Source: Ramazzottius varieornatus
Taxonomy: Eukaryota > Animalia > Tardigrada
Assembly (NCBI GenBank): GCA_001949185.1
Contig: BDGG01000010.1
Span: 815,773 to 879,772, forward strand
DNA length: 64,000 nt
Direction: 5' to 3'
The notes beneath the pieces were generated by a model, which worked only from the letters and a program-made list of their open reading frames with translations, was not told where the DNA came from and did not search any database. A program made the translations under genes and the position numbers. Positions 43,659 to 55,924 of this stretch are shown piece after piece. Every line of letters begins with the position of its first letter. Within the stretch, counting starts at the first letter, position 1.

Positions 43659-46071
43659 ATGCTTACTCGCTCATTGTCCGATGGGAATAATGTGGCCTGT
43701 CAGTCATCACGAACCAAGGTGTCAAATCACCCAGCCATAACAAGACCACATCAACCATCAGCCTCTTCGCGGTTACTCCAAATACCTCCTTCAAAGACCA
43801 CAACATACCGAAGCTGTCCACACCACACCAAACCCCTCCCTCAACACCACGGTTCTTACTGGAGTCCGGTCATCAGTGAAATTGATTATCCGTTTGAGCC
43901 TCTTGGCACCCGGTCCTTAATCTCAAAAGCCCGACTTTCGCGGTTGATCCTCTTCCTTCTTCAACTATCTCTGACAATCTCCCATATCACGCTGACAGTT
44001 CAGCATAAGCACCTCGAAGACCTTGCTAATTTATACTTCGTCGTATTTTATTCTTCGGCATTCCTAACGACTGTATTTTCGCCTGTGATTTCGGCAAGAA
44101 TCTCGAAAAGTTTCATTGTAGTGAGTGGGATTATATCGGCTTTCTTAGCAGCAAGTACTCTCTTCATTCCCCAAATGGGAATTTTACTGGCCATTAGCGT
44201 CATCAACGGAAGCTGTTGGGGACTAGTAATGGTCAAGCCGGGTCTCTCGGCACTTAACCTCGGTCTACAGTACGCTTGCATCAAGGACCTCAAGGACCGA
44301 AAAGGAACGGCGGCTGATTGGTATCTGTGGAGTCAAGTGGCGCTGCATAATGGTGCCTTATTAGGATCGATGATCTTTGCCGGGACCAAAAAGCTCCTAA
44401 CTTTGCCACAAGCCACTCTCCAGCCCACGCTCAAGATGCCTTGTGGAAGAAGTGCTTGCGGGACGAGTGACAGTAAAATTAAAATGCCTCCTTTCGGCTC
44501 TGCTCGCTCTTTTGCCTCCCTCAACCAAACTCTCAGACCGGAAAGACCAAGCTTGATTGATGATGGTCATGCCAACGGGATTTTAGCTGTGATTGCCGCA
44601 TGTTGGGCATTAACAGCTCTGGCTGTGCTTGGCTTGACTTACTGTTGTAGTCCCTCAAGAAGGAAGAAAAGGAGGCAACGATATGACGGGAATAGTAGTG
44701 GTGGGGGTGGAAATCATTTACGGGATGATCAGAGCTCCCTATCACTCGATGGCAGCCAAGCCAGTACTCAAGTCTTTCATGAAACGGCCATCAGCCAGCT
44801 GCGTCAAATCGCTGATCTCCTACTCTACGATCATAAACTCCAAACGGTGCTTCCGCTCGTTCTCTTTACAGGCATGCAAAGTGCCTTTATTTTCAATACA
44901 TTTACGAAGGTACTAACCTCGCCCCTTTGATCTTTCTGTGATTTCCGCCCCGTGGGTCTCCGTGATCCTCCGAAGACACGTCACGATATCCCATATCCAT
45001 ATCCATATCCATAATACTTTAAGAAAAAACACGCAAATGCAGTGGATTAATTTCCGGAAATTTTATTGTGGCCACCTTTCAAACCATCACTCACTCACCA
45101 TTTGATACTTTCCACACACTTCCGGCAGCGTATTATCCATTACACTTTATAACACACTAGTCCCGCGAGCTCCTTCAAAAGAGAGCATTATCCCGTGAGA
45201 CGAAAATACAACCTTCATGAAAGCCTAGTCGATTATTCGACAAATTTGATTACAATGAAAACCTTTCCAGTGCTGGGAGTTTATTTTCTTTTTAGGATTT
45301 CGTGCTGTGCGCTTTGGGCGAAGAGCACGCCGGATGGACCCTGGCGACCCACTCTTCCGCGTATGCCTTAACCCTTCTCGCTGTGTACCGTTTGAGCCTC
45401 CACACAAAGCGACTGTACATCCTCTGCTGGACAGTGGTCTTCCAAGTGGGCATCGGTGTCGTGCTGTTGTGGTGGAGAGCCGGGAATCGCGATTTGCCCA
45501 TGTTCCTCATCGTGACCACCGTTTTTGGGGTCGCCGAAGGTGGCTTCGTCGCCTTGCTCACAGGTAACGTAGGTTCTGCTCCTCCACGATGAGGAAGACT
45601 GGTCGGGGCAACGCCTACTCCATACCTGAAAGATATCAAAATAGAAATTTATGTCCATGAAATCTTGATGAATACTACGACGTCGGCAAATAACTTGAGT
45701 ACGATCGTTTTACCTGTGGCGCACACTTTCGATCAATAACAATAGAAACGTGCGCCACTTGAAACAACGACCCTGTTCAGCTTATACGCCGACGTCCAGT
45801 TTTTACAAAATAAACTTGTGGTGCTTTTTCATCTTCAGGTTTGTTGGTTCGACTTTTTTGTCACGCCTGGACCAACGTCTTGCCCATCATGCTCGCCTTC
45901 CGTTTTTTGGGATACGCGATCGGCGTTTCCGCCAGTTTGCTTTTGTGCATCACTGCTCAAATATATTTCATGTATACAGTACTGGGCTTGGCGTTGATTC
46001 CGTTTGGCATATTGGAGTGGAAATACAGTGTCTTTCTGCACAAGAAACATTTGCTAGAGGCCTTTGTGTAG
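43659..46071 (+). CDS. UNC-93-like MFS membrane protein
   Basis: Multi-TM protein with loop CGRSAC and LQTVLPLVLFTGMQSAFIFNTFTK|DFVLCALG, similar to the UNC-93 family LLIPL..SG..QAF...FT..YV.CALG motif. Exons ~43659-44909, 45296-45563, 45839-46071. Confidence 0.8.
45674..45800. mobile_element. Palindromic MITE family A copy (UNC-93 intron)
   Basis: GACGTCGGC...GTGGCGCAC...CAATAACAAT...GTGCGCCAC...GCCGACGTC. Confidence 0.75.
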
Positions 46072-47108
46072 CCTCGTAAGTCTTGGGATAGATCCGCCGC
46101 CATACTCTGTGCCTTTGTAAAGCCCTTCGCGATACAGATAATCTAAAATCAATTTCCTGTAAATTACTCATTGTCATAATCAAATTTCGACTTCTTACTG
46201 GCCTCAACAAGCTGTGCGGACTTAAAAATTACCAGAATGCAAGCGCCGCGATTTGGGTACGGATAACCGTTGCTCATTCCGCTCTCCTGTCGCCTGCAAT
46301 TTTCCACTCTGCCGAAGTCAACGAGATGACACAAAATCGATGTCCTCGTGTTTTCTTTGCACTTATCTCCATATCTCTCCCAGGACAACCGCAACCACGT
46401 CTCATTCATCCTACCGCACCTTCCAGAAGCGTACGTGGGAGAGGGCACCACTAGAAACAAGAAGAAACTCAGCAGGATTGTGCGTGCAGTTATCAGACCT
46501 TAGAACGTATCGAAGTTCGTACCTTCTCAGGGATCTCTCTTGACCTCAACACATCCCCGAGATCGGCCTCGAGATAGCTTCCACCCCCCGAAACCGAAAC
46601 TGTTTCGCTTGAAGGGCAGTACTAACTGTCACTCCCATAACGTCAAGAAGCTTGAGCGTAATAACACACTTCTCGTGCAGTCGAGCTAGAGAAGGGTCTG
46701 TCTTCTTACCCTAGAAGCCGTAGACCCCTTATGCGACATGCAAAGCTGGCTAAGGCTCCAGGTACCAGAACTTCCGGTCTGGTACCTAGAGCCACTCTTC
46801 GCCGGTGAATATCAGCTTTCTCTCAATCCCTTGTACAACTTTTTCTCTTTCTCAGTATGACATCTTTCATCTTAAGGCTATCAAATATCGCCGAGTACGC
46901 CTACAGGGAAAATGTGAAACGTGGGCAGTTACGCCACTGCTGCGCAACGTAACCGTTCTGGAACGGCGCAGAGCCCGGAAGCGGACAGGATAGGGGGAAC
47001 GGCAGCTCAGCTGAAAATTTTACCCGCGTCCCATTTAACTAGTCAGTTATATTTGATCGAAAGTTCTCCGCATGAAGGAGATCAGAACACTTTTAACGAT
47101 GCAAGTAT

Positions 47109-48038
47109 CTACGAAGGTAACGCGTATATGGTCAGATTATTTACTCTGACCGATTTCACCACGTATTCGCCTTCCGGTTCATCCATTGCTTCGTCCTCGG
47201 ACTCTGCGACGGGAGGTATATGTACGCTTCTTGCATGCGCTTTGCTGCTTCGAGCAGCCGTCGGCTGTGGAGTGTTGCCCCGTTTGGAGGTTCTGATGGT
47301 AAAGTCCAAGACTGCTTCAGCTTGTGTATGGTTGAAGTTCAGGTTATCGACGAGGAGACTGCGGATCAGCAGCATTGCCGAAGAGTCCTTGGAGAACGGT
47401 GCAGCAGGACTTGTCTCTCGACAACAGCTGTGCTGACATGCATGGCTGATTTCCACCTTCTTCTTTGTTGGGGAGAGAGCAACCAACCCTTCCACAGGTT
47501 TCGTCTTTCCGCTATGTCGAGACTGTCTTTTCGGAATGTCCGTCTGACTTTTCCTCGGAGATCTTCGCTTGAGCGACATCAAAGCCTTTGCTTCCGGATG
47601 TCTTTTGAAGAACAACCGGCGCCATTTCTCGTGACAGGTTCTCGCTTTACGACCTCTGCCTAAACAGCAAACGTACCAGTGCTGATCTTATTCATTGCTG
47701 GTTGAATGAAGTGCATTACCGAGTCTTTCCTTGACGTATTTGAGAACAAGCGACTGAAATTCATCTGTCCGTAGTGGCTGACCCGTGCTCTCGCGATGTT
47801 CCTGCAGGATGGTGACGAGGGCTTCTTCTTCTTCAAGAGTCATAAACGGAGGCCGTCCCATCTTTACCATCTTTGACTGTCTACGACCGTGGTTTGCTAA
47901 GTAGTTCCTGATGGTGCCTGAACACACTCCATATTTCATCTCGGCTGCTCGCAGTGTCATCCCAGACTTGACCGCTTCCACCGCTTCCATTAGATCCTCT
48001 TCTCCGTATGGTCGCATGATCTTGCCTCTTTGTCCCAT
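47109..48038 (-). CDS. Pogo/Tigger-derived DNA-binding protein (psq-type HTH + CENP-B HTH), copy 1; no DDE domain
   Basis: YGEEDLMEAVEAVKSGMTLRAAEMKYGV...GRPPFMTLEEEEALV, then after a ~60 nt phase-1 intron KWRRLFFKRHP. Confidence 0.8.
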
Positions 48039-48735
48039 CGTTCCCAAAATGCCAAAGACTCCTGGAGGAGGTGTACACGCACAGAAGAAGAAGGTTTGGA
48101 TTGTGACAATCGAGTGAATGGAAGTTAACGGGAGTTACCGTTCAATATGGAACTTCCGAACCAGCATCATTGAATTGATTCTGCTTTATGGTTGATTGAA
48201 AAAAAGAAAGATTCCATTTCCATGTCATGTGTAACGCATGTGATGTCATGCAGTAAAGTGGCACCACGAAGGGAGGAACGTCCGAACGATCATCTGAGAA
48301 TAGGGCTTCGTAAAGCATCTGAAGACGATGCCGGATGCGACTTTAGCTCATTCAGCAGACGCCCATGAAGAGATTCGGGCGGAACTTCCTAAACTTACCC
48401 TTTGGATTCGACACATCGCTACGTGAATCGTGGGGTTACTGCATGCAGGTTTCCAAATTCGTTCTGAAGAAAGCCTCAACCGAAAACGAAACTGTTCTAC
48501 GTGAACGGTAGTGAAGCCTGTACGTTGTAAGTCCAAGAGCTCCAAGAGCCTTCTTTCTCGGAAGGTCCCACAACCACCTACAGTGAACTTGATTCCATGC
48601 TCCTCGGCGAACGAACTCTTAGAAACGTTTTTGGGTTCTCACCCTCGAAGGCCCGTCGTCCCTTCTACGACTTAAGTTTAATTCAAATGTTCGTTACGTC
48701 ACCGACCATGCAACCAAACAAATAAATGAATAAAA

Positions 48736-48772
48736 CTAGCTAGTGGTTCTGACCACTGGGAAGGGCGAGCAG
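48736..48772 (-). mobile_element. Helitron-like 3' terminus, copy 2
   Basis: Minus strand reads ...CCCAGTGGTCAGAACCACTAGCTAG|TTTT; matches 5703-5743. Confidence 0.45.
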
Positions 48773-49636
48773 AAGCAAAACCGCTCGGTTTTTCGCCTTA
48801 ACTTTTTCGTTTAGTGCTGATTAGTGCGGATTTTTGCAACCTACGGGAATCAGGTTGAGCAGCCTGCGGAAAATGTTTTTCTGGCGGATTTTCACTTTGG
48901 CGCGTTTTCTATCTTCCTGTGACACAACCCCTTCTGTACTCACCCAGGATCTTTTGCATAGAATCTATCGAAGTATATACTGACTCATCGAGAAATGGCT
49001 GATGACGGGGATAACGAGGAGATGCATGAAAGGAATCTTGAAAGAGTAAAGGCAGTCGGCCACTTCCGACAGGTTGTGGTCTATGACATGACACCACACC
49101 ATATGACATGACCTGACCTAACATTCCGTTTCTGCCGCATCGGAGTATGAACGACAGGCAGTTGTACGGAAAGGTGCAGAGTCAAAACTTGGCGAAAAAG
49201 TTGTAACATCATGCCTGCGTCAGAAATTTGCGAACCGTTGGCAGCCGCATTACTGGATTGTAAACTTCTCGCCTTTGACTTCTGTAGCCGACGCGTAAGC
49301 ACAAGTGGGGCATTAGAGCTCTGAAATTTGAGAATAATGCCTTCCGCGATGCGGATCAGAGTATTCTGCAGTTTATGGTTCGTAAAAAGTCACCTCATGA
49401 CTTGATTTTCCGACCTTCGATGCAAATGTTGATGTGTGTTTATCCTCTTCCTACGGCGGCTGCTGAGTCAGTCTGCACTTTGGCACGCCGTTGTTTGCAA
49501 GCGGTACGGTACTGCAGCTCTACAGTGCTTTCAGGCTCAGCTGAGCAATTTACCCACGTCCCATTTACATACGAGTACTACTATTTCCGTTAAAAGAGAT
49601 GAAAACACAATGTCATTAACGCAAACATTTATGAAA

Positions 49637-50611
49637 TTACAAAGGTAAGGCATACATGGGCATATGGTTGACTCTGACTGACTTGACCACATATTCGTCT
49701 TCCGGTTCATCCATTGCTTCGTCCTCAGACTCTGCGACGGGAGGTATATGTACGCTTCTTGCATGCGCTTTGCTGCTTCGAGCAGCCGTCGGCTGTGGAG
49801 TGTTGCCCCGTTTGGAGGTTCTGATGGTAAAGTCCAAGACTGCTTCAGCTTGTGTATGGTTGAAGTTCAGGTTATCGACGAGAAAGCTGCGAATCAGAAG
49901 CATGCTTGAAGAATCCTTGGTCAGTGGAGCAGCAGGGCTTCTCTTCTGACAACAGCTGTGCTGACACGCAGCCTTGATTTCCACCTCCTTTCGGGTCTGT
50001 GGAGGGACACTTACCCCCTCCACGGGTTTTGTCTTTCCACTTCTTCGACACTGTCCTATCGGAATGTCCATTTGACTTCTCAATGCAGCAACTTCGGCGT
50101 TCGATCTCCGCTTGAGCGTCATCAAGGCCTTTACTTCTGGATGTCTTTCGAAGAACAACCGCCGCCATTTCTCGCAGAAGGTTTTAGGTATGTTCTTTCT
50201 CGTTTTACCTGAAACATCAAACGTTCACCAACGTCAACTATCATTCATAGCTGGTTAAATGTACTGCATTGGCAGCTATGCTGCAGCATTACCAATATTT
50301 TCAGTGGCGTACTTGATAACGAGCGTCTTAAACTCGTCCGACTGCAACGTCTGACCCGTATTCTTGCAGTGCTCTTGAAGGAAGGTAGCAAGGGCGTCTT
50401 CTTCTTCAGGAGTCATAAAGGGACGCCGTCCAATCTTTGGTCTGTGTCCGTGGTCTACGGAGTAATTCTTGATCGTGCTTCTTGCGACTCCATATTTCCT
50501 CTGAGCTGCATGCAAAGTCATCCCAGACTTGACCGCTTCCACTGCATCCATCAGATCTTGCTCTCCGTAGGCTCGCACGCGATTGTTCTTCAGTCCTCTC
50601 GTCGTCTCCAT
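49637..50611 (-). CDS. Pogo/Tigger-derived DNA-binding protein (psq-type HTH + CENP-B HTH), copy 2
   Basis: YGEQDLMDAVEAVKSGMTLHAAQRKYGVARSTI...GRRPFMTPEEEDAL; intron at the same position as in copy 1; KWRRLFFERHP. Tandem paralog of 47109-48038. Confidence 0.8.
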
Positions 50612-51889
50612 AATGCCAAAGACTCGTGGAGGAAGCGCACACGTACAGAAAGGAAAGTTGGTGTAATGAGGTCTGACTGAAGTCAGTGGACTGACATGGA
50701 GTGAAAACTCTTTGCAAAAGTTAACGAATAACGAAACCAATTCTCTCGATTGATTTTACTTTACGATTGATTCGATACTCATGTATGATATATGTTTATT
50801 ACGTTATCTGATGCCGTGTCTGTCATGTCACTGGTTAATCCAATTCCATTAGTCCATCACGTGGGCCGTGGGCCGTAGCAGACACCGAGCAGGCGCGCGT
50901 AGTGTTGGAGAGCAACAAGGAGGTGGACATGGTAATGGTGGACAACAGCGAAGTAACTCCGTACATTCGGGAGGAGGATGGCCTCCGAATGACTATCACA
51001 CCATCGACCTGCCAAGCCAGGTGGCTCAAGTCTCCGTTGGTGCTCCCAGATTCGGAGGGAAAACCCAGTTCTACGAAAAGAACCGCCGCGACGGACATCG
51101 AGGAGCCAACGATACCAGCTTAGGATCCAACCAGAAGCAAGGACCAGCCCGAACGTCGAACCGAGAACAGCGAAGCCATTCGGACATGGAAACGGACGAA
51201 TGGACGAAAATGGAAGAACGCTTCCTTATTTCCTTCTTAGTGAACTTAGTTGCTTCTGCCATGGCCCTGTGACATTTCCATCTGGTGGCCGTTCTCGAAT
51301 TGTAATTTCCGTGTGCCGATCTCTGGAAGTTACCCTTTGATTGCTTTCCCTTGCCCAAAGCAGGTATTACTTTAGATTTGCATGTTCCATTATCCTCCGA
51401 CGATCAAGGAGTCCGTTGACTAGACTGTCGAGCCTCAATAATTATCTATCTATATCTGCACGAAATTTGTGATCCGTGGGACAGCGTAATGTTACAGTAA
51501 GACACTCGTCTTTCGAGATTTGCAAGCTACAGGAAACTGGGCGTGGGTATTGTCCTAAGCGACAACTTACCAACCAACCACTTCAAACGGCTCTTTGACT
51601 CTTTGACGGCTCTTTGACTTAGAGCGTTCGCCTGAGAAGCCCGAAAGCGTACTGCGTAGAAATTCTCTTGCTTCGTGGAATATGAACGTGACCTATATAT
51701 CGCTCATTGGAACTACGAGCTGATACTGGCCAGGGTCGCGAAGGTGAGCCGTGGTTCTAGGACTTCTATCCAGACAAACAATGATGAAGGCTGTTCTATG
51801 CCGGCAGGCTTATTTGGAACAGCTTCAGTGGTTGACAAGATCTTTGGATAACTTACAAGGTGAAGTGTTGCAGACGGTATTTGAACGAT

Positions 51890-52300
51890 GACTGTGGCTT
51901 ATTTACAGGTCAGTTGGAAAACTGGGACTGTTTTTCGAACTCATTTTCCGCTTACAAATGTGAAGATTAATTTTGTCATCGGTGTGAGAAGTTTTACAGC
52001 GGTCTTCAAGGGGAACCATGGATCTTATTGGAAAAGCTCGAACTGCCAGGTGTGGCTGGAAAACTTACCTCTCTGGAACGGGCGTTCCTCGGGAGACTTC
52101 TGCTGATCATAGACAAGTACAGTATGAAAAGATCCCAGGCCAAGAACCTCCACCTTGCGCTTTTCCGGAGGACTTGGAATTTGAGTCCACGTACGGCACG
52201 AAAACCGCGCAAGAACCGTTCAGACGCAAGAAGTCTTCACAACCTTGAGTCCTTGACCATTGTCGGCCTTGCACCTAGGGGACGATCACCTCCAGCATAG
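51890..52300 (+). pseudogene. Possible decayed PIF1-like (Helitron-type) helicase fragment
   Basis: Degenerate motifs in the expected order but in different frames: VSWKTGTV (Walker A-like), MDLIGKAR (APTGKAA-like), LLIIDKYSM (LIIDExSM-like), PF...LGDDHLQ. Confidence 0.3.
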
Positions 52301-52488
52301 ATCCGTACTCATTATGTATTTTCGCCGTGTAAATACAATCCGCCGAATCTTCGGAATTTTATCTGATAGTAAAACAAAGCGTGTATTTCGATTGTATGGC
52401 TACGAATAAACAGTTTCTAACAATAAAAAAGAAACACGAGGAAACGGAACGAACATATAAAGAAGCAGTGTCATTCCAGGCGTTATGC

Positions 52489-55095
52489 TCAGTCATCTTC
52501 ATCTTGCCCGCCTTGCTTTGGTGGTTTAGGTCCTCCGGCTTGCTTGGCCATCACGATCTTGTTGACTCTCAAAAGCGTCACTGCTGCTCCGACAGCTAGC
52601 CGCATCGCTTGCTGCTTCGTCATGTACAGATCTAGGATTCCGGCCTTCTCGGCATCTATCGTCGGTTCAGCTTCATCCTAGAGAAGACACGAATATTCAG
52701 AATCGGAAAAAACAACACTGCTTGTCAGTTCGGTTGATTTCACTTACCTCGATGTTAAAGCCGACGTTCTTCAAGCCTTCTTGGTGTGCAGCTTGCAGCT
52801 TCGCCAAGATATCAGCAGCTTTAACGCCGGCGTTCTCTGCTAGGACTCTCGGGAACACTTCCAAGGCAGTAGCGAACTTCTTGATGGCGTACTGCTCCAA
52901 ACCAGGTCGAGTCTGCAACGTACCACAAACTCAAAAGCATGCCCACTAACTTAAAGTTTCACACAACCGTTGGGAGCTCGGCAAACGAACTCGACCAGAT
53001 CGTTTTTCCAAGTGGCGGTAGCTTCAAGCCGATATTGTTAGAGACTGCGCTCCATGGGAAAACGGTAGGGTTCAATTCGTTCGCCGGCCATCCAGTTGGC
53101 TCCTTTAACGTCCACGAACAGCTTGACACGCGCAACAAAACCTACGTCAGCGTATTGAGTGAGGAGTCGTGCAAGCTCAACTTCCGTAGCTCCGGCACCG
53201 GGCAGAAGGCGATCATCCTGCAGCAACAGAAGCAAGAACGATAATTCTAACGGAGCTTATACTTATGAGGTTATATACCGTACCTTGGTTAAGGCTTTGA
53301 AATTGTTGACACCATCATCGACTGCTCGCTCGATATCGTCCATGGAGTTCTCCGTCGCGCCTCTCAGGACAATGGTCGAAATGGCTCCCTCCGCTTTATC
53401 TTGTTTGAAGACGACAACCGAAGTATCGCCGATCTCATCCAAGTACACCAAGTCACAGTGCCCTTGGACATCGGGTGTGGGAGGAACAATGGTGCTGAGC
53501 ACGATGGCTCCAACTGAGTTGGCCACTCTTCTGATGTCGAACTTAGACATGAGTCGGACCACCATCAACTTGTACTTGTTGACGAAGTGCAGCGCCATGT
53601 CGCCAACCTTCCCTCCAGAGACGATCACCTTCACACCCGATTCCGCGATCGCTTTGATTTGCTAAAGCAAGGTAAGATCTGAGATCGGCGTACAAAGCGG
53701 GAAAGCTTCACACACCTGCATACAGGCATATCACGGCATAAAGCGTAGCCCAGTATATGCAGGTGCGTGGAGTTGAACCTCTGCTTAGTACACGACCACT
53801 ACGATTGTGCGGTGTATGCAGGTCGGTGGAACATAACTACATAATATGTGCTGGAAGATTACTTACCTTTTCTAGGAGATCTTCTTCGTTCTTGCTATAG
53901 TTCAAGAGCTCATTGGCGGTCTTTATCAGAACGGTGCCTTTGGTTTCGGTCTGGCTGATGTCGAGAGCGCAGGAATAGACAGCGATCTTGCAATCAGTGG
54001 CTTTCTGGACATCGCCTTCGATGTCGCGTTTGAAGACCATACCGTTCATGACGGTCGAAGATAGTAGTCCGGATCCGAGAAGCTTGATGACTCGAACGTT
54101 ATCAACGCTGAAGGTCTTTCCTTTCTCGGACAACAGTCCGACTGAAATGACAAATAAATATGTTCCAGCGGGTCACCAAAGTAAGAAGAACATGAAGCAC
54201 AACCCTGTCACCTACTGCAAGCATCCGAGATCAACCCAGCGAGGAAATCGTCCGTGCCAAGCTGCTTGCTCGTGACGGAGGCCTTTATCGCGCGTTTGAC
54301 TTGTTGAGAATCCCGGAAGTTCGTGACTCTTCCACATACGCAATCTACGCAAAACGTATTGAAGAAAATATTTTCAAAGAAGACTTTCGTAAGGAAAATT
54401 ACCATCAAGGAGTTCCAGAGCTTTTCCGAGAGCAATTTCGTAGCCATCGGTGATCTCAGGGACAGAGATACCCTGAAGAGTAAGCTACCCATGTAAGCTA
54501 TCTGGCCCACACGCAGCGAAGAAGATAACGGAGACTCTCCGGAGAGAGTCTCCGTCATCTGTATTGGCATTATTGGGATAATAAATCGTACCATTCGCAA
54601 AAGTTCCTCGGCTTGGTCCAGCAATGCACCGGCGAAAATGAGAACGAAGTTAGTTCCATCTCCGATTTCTTTCTCTTGCATTTCTGAAGCCATTATGATC
54701 AGTTTGACGGCTGGATGTTCATTCTGAAACGAACACAGACCATCACGCATATTTCGACAGTAGTGAATTTGTGGCTGTGTACTCATACCTCGATCTCTTT
54801 GACGATGGTGGCAGCGTCGTTAGTAATGAACATCTTGCCGAGGTGAGTGACGACCATCTTATTCAAACCTGTACAGATCCAGCGTTTGGTTTTACCAGAG
54901 TTGCATTACTGTCATATTCAGCGGAAGCCAGGAGGATGACTTGCCTTTTGGTCCATAGGATGTGCTGACAATCTGGCTCAGTTCCCGGCAAGCTTCGATA
55001 CTTCTGATAACAGTCTCATCCAGGCCAGAATAGTACCGTGCGCCATCAGACATCATCTGGGCAAAGCCTGGAGCGGAAGGGACGTGCATTGCCAT
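52489..55095 (-). CDS. CCT8: T-complex protein 1 subunit theta (CCT/TRiC)
   Basis: MAMHVPSAPGFAQMM; NEHPAVKLIIMASEMQEKEIGDGTNFVLIFAG; TETKGTVLIKTANEL; LRGATENSMDDIERAVDDGVN; LPGAGATEVEL. Stop TGA at 52489-52491. Confidence 0.97.
52968..53097. mobile_element. Palindromic MITE family A copy (CCT8 intron)
   Basis: GGGAGCTCGGCAAACGAACTCGACCAGATCGTTTTTCCAAGTGGCG ... TTCGTTCGCCG. Confidence 0.75.
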
Positions 55096-55924
55096 CTTTG
55101 GTCGTGGTGGAGATCCAGCTGTTTGACAAAGAAACAGCTGTCGACAGTCGATGTGGATGACAGAAGGAGCGTAGCCGATCTAGCCGATAACTTCAAACGT
55201 CCTGGAGCCGGATGATCTCTACAGAGGAGCACAAAGAGCCCAGATTTTTCGCCGATCGAAGAAGCGGAAGACGGGAAGAATCAAAGAGAATCCGGATCCT
55301 ATCTGCGCCGGGAGCGGAAATGCGAGCCTGTGCCGTTGATTGTTGATCAAGAAAATCTCGAATGGGAAAGGCAAGTGACCTCTTGCTTCCCCGGGTGTAC
55401 GGCTTGAAGCCCCCTAGGGTGAAAGGGCAAATTATGCCCAAGCTTTACGCATCCCGTTTTTGCCTTTTGTTTCCCGCCGTTCCAGAGCGTCAGCACGGAG
55501 CAAGTGAGCAACCATCATTTGAATCCATTCGCGTACAAGCTGGAACGTTTTTGTTTTCTGGAGACAAAGAGGTTTTTCGGGAGCCAGTTCCCTACTCTTG
55601 TATTCGCAGGTCTTGTGGCATGACGACATTGGATGGCCATCTCATCCGCTTTACGAAGGAGAGGATATCGGATCAATCTCATTGTCTCGAGACAAGATCC
55701 CGTGAACTCGAACATTGCTGCGAACTATACGCAAGATTGAGTTCTTATAAGATGATGATGCTGGCTTTCTCTGCGATGGATTCCTGAGTGGATAACAGTG
55801 GATGAACGAGGTGAGGTTCGGGTGCGGATATATTTTTCCCAGTATTACTTGCTTGAACTTCTTATCATTGAATTTTGGCGTCATGAATCTTGTGTTGATT
55901 CCAGATTCATTTTCATTCCCTCAA

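Noticed and set aside
43659-46071. Functional cluster of the UNC-93-like gene with the K2P channel (C. elegans UNC-93 regulates the K2P SUP-9)
   Set aside because: The genes are 26 kb and five genes apart and both families are large; linkage alone is not evidence.
51588-51620. CTCTTTGAC x3 cluster resembling TCF/LEF sites
   Set aside because: Most simply short tandem slippage in a degenerate region.
53159-53665. 168 aa + strand ORF
   Set aside because: Antisense to CCT8 coding exons.
55370-55376. Possible GC-AG intron donor (AG|GCAAGT) in the cramped 5' region
   Set aside because: The upstream exon structure and start codon could not be resolved without transcripts.
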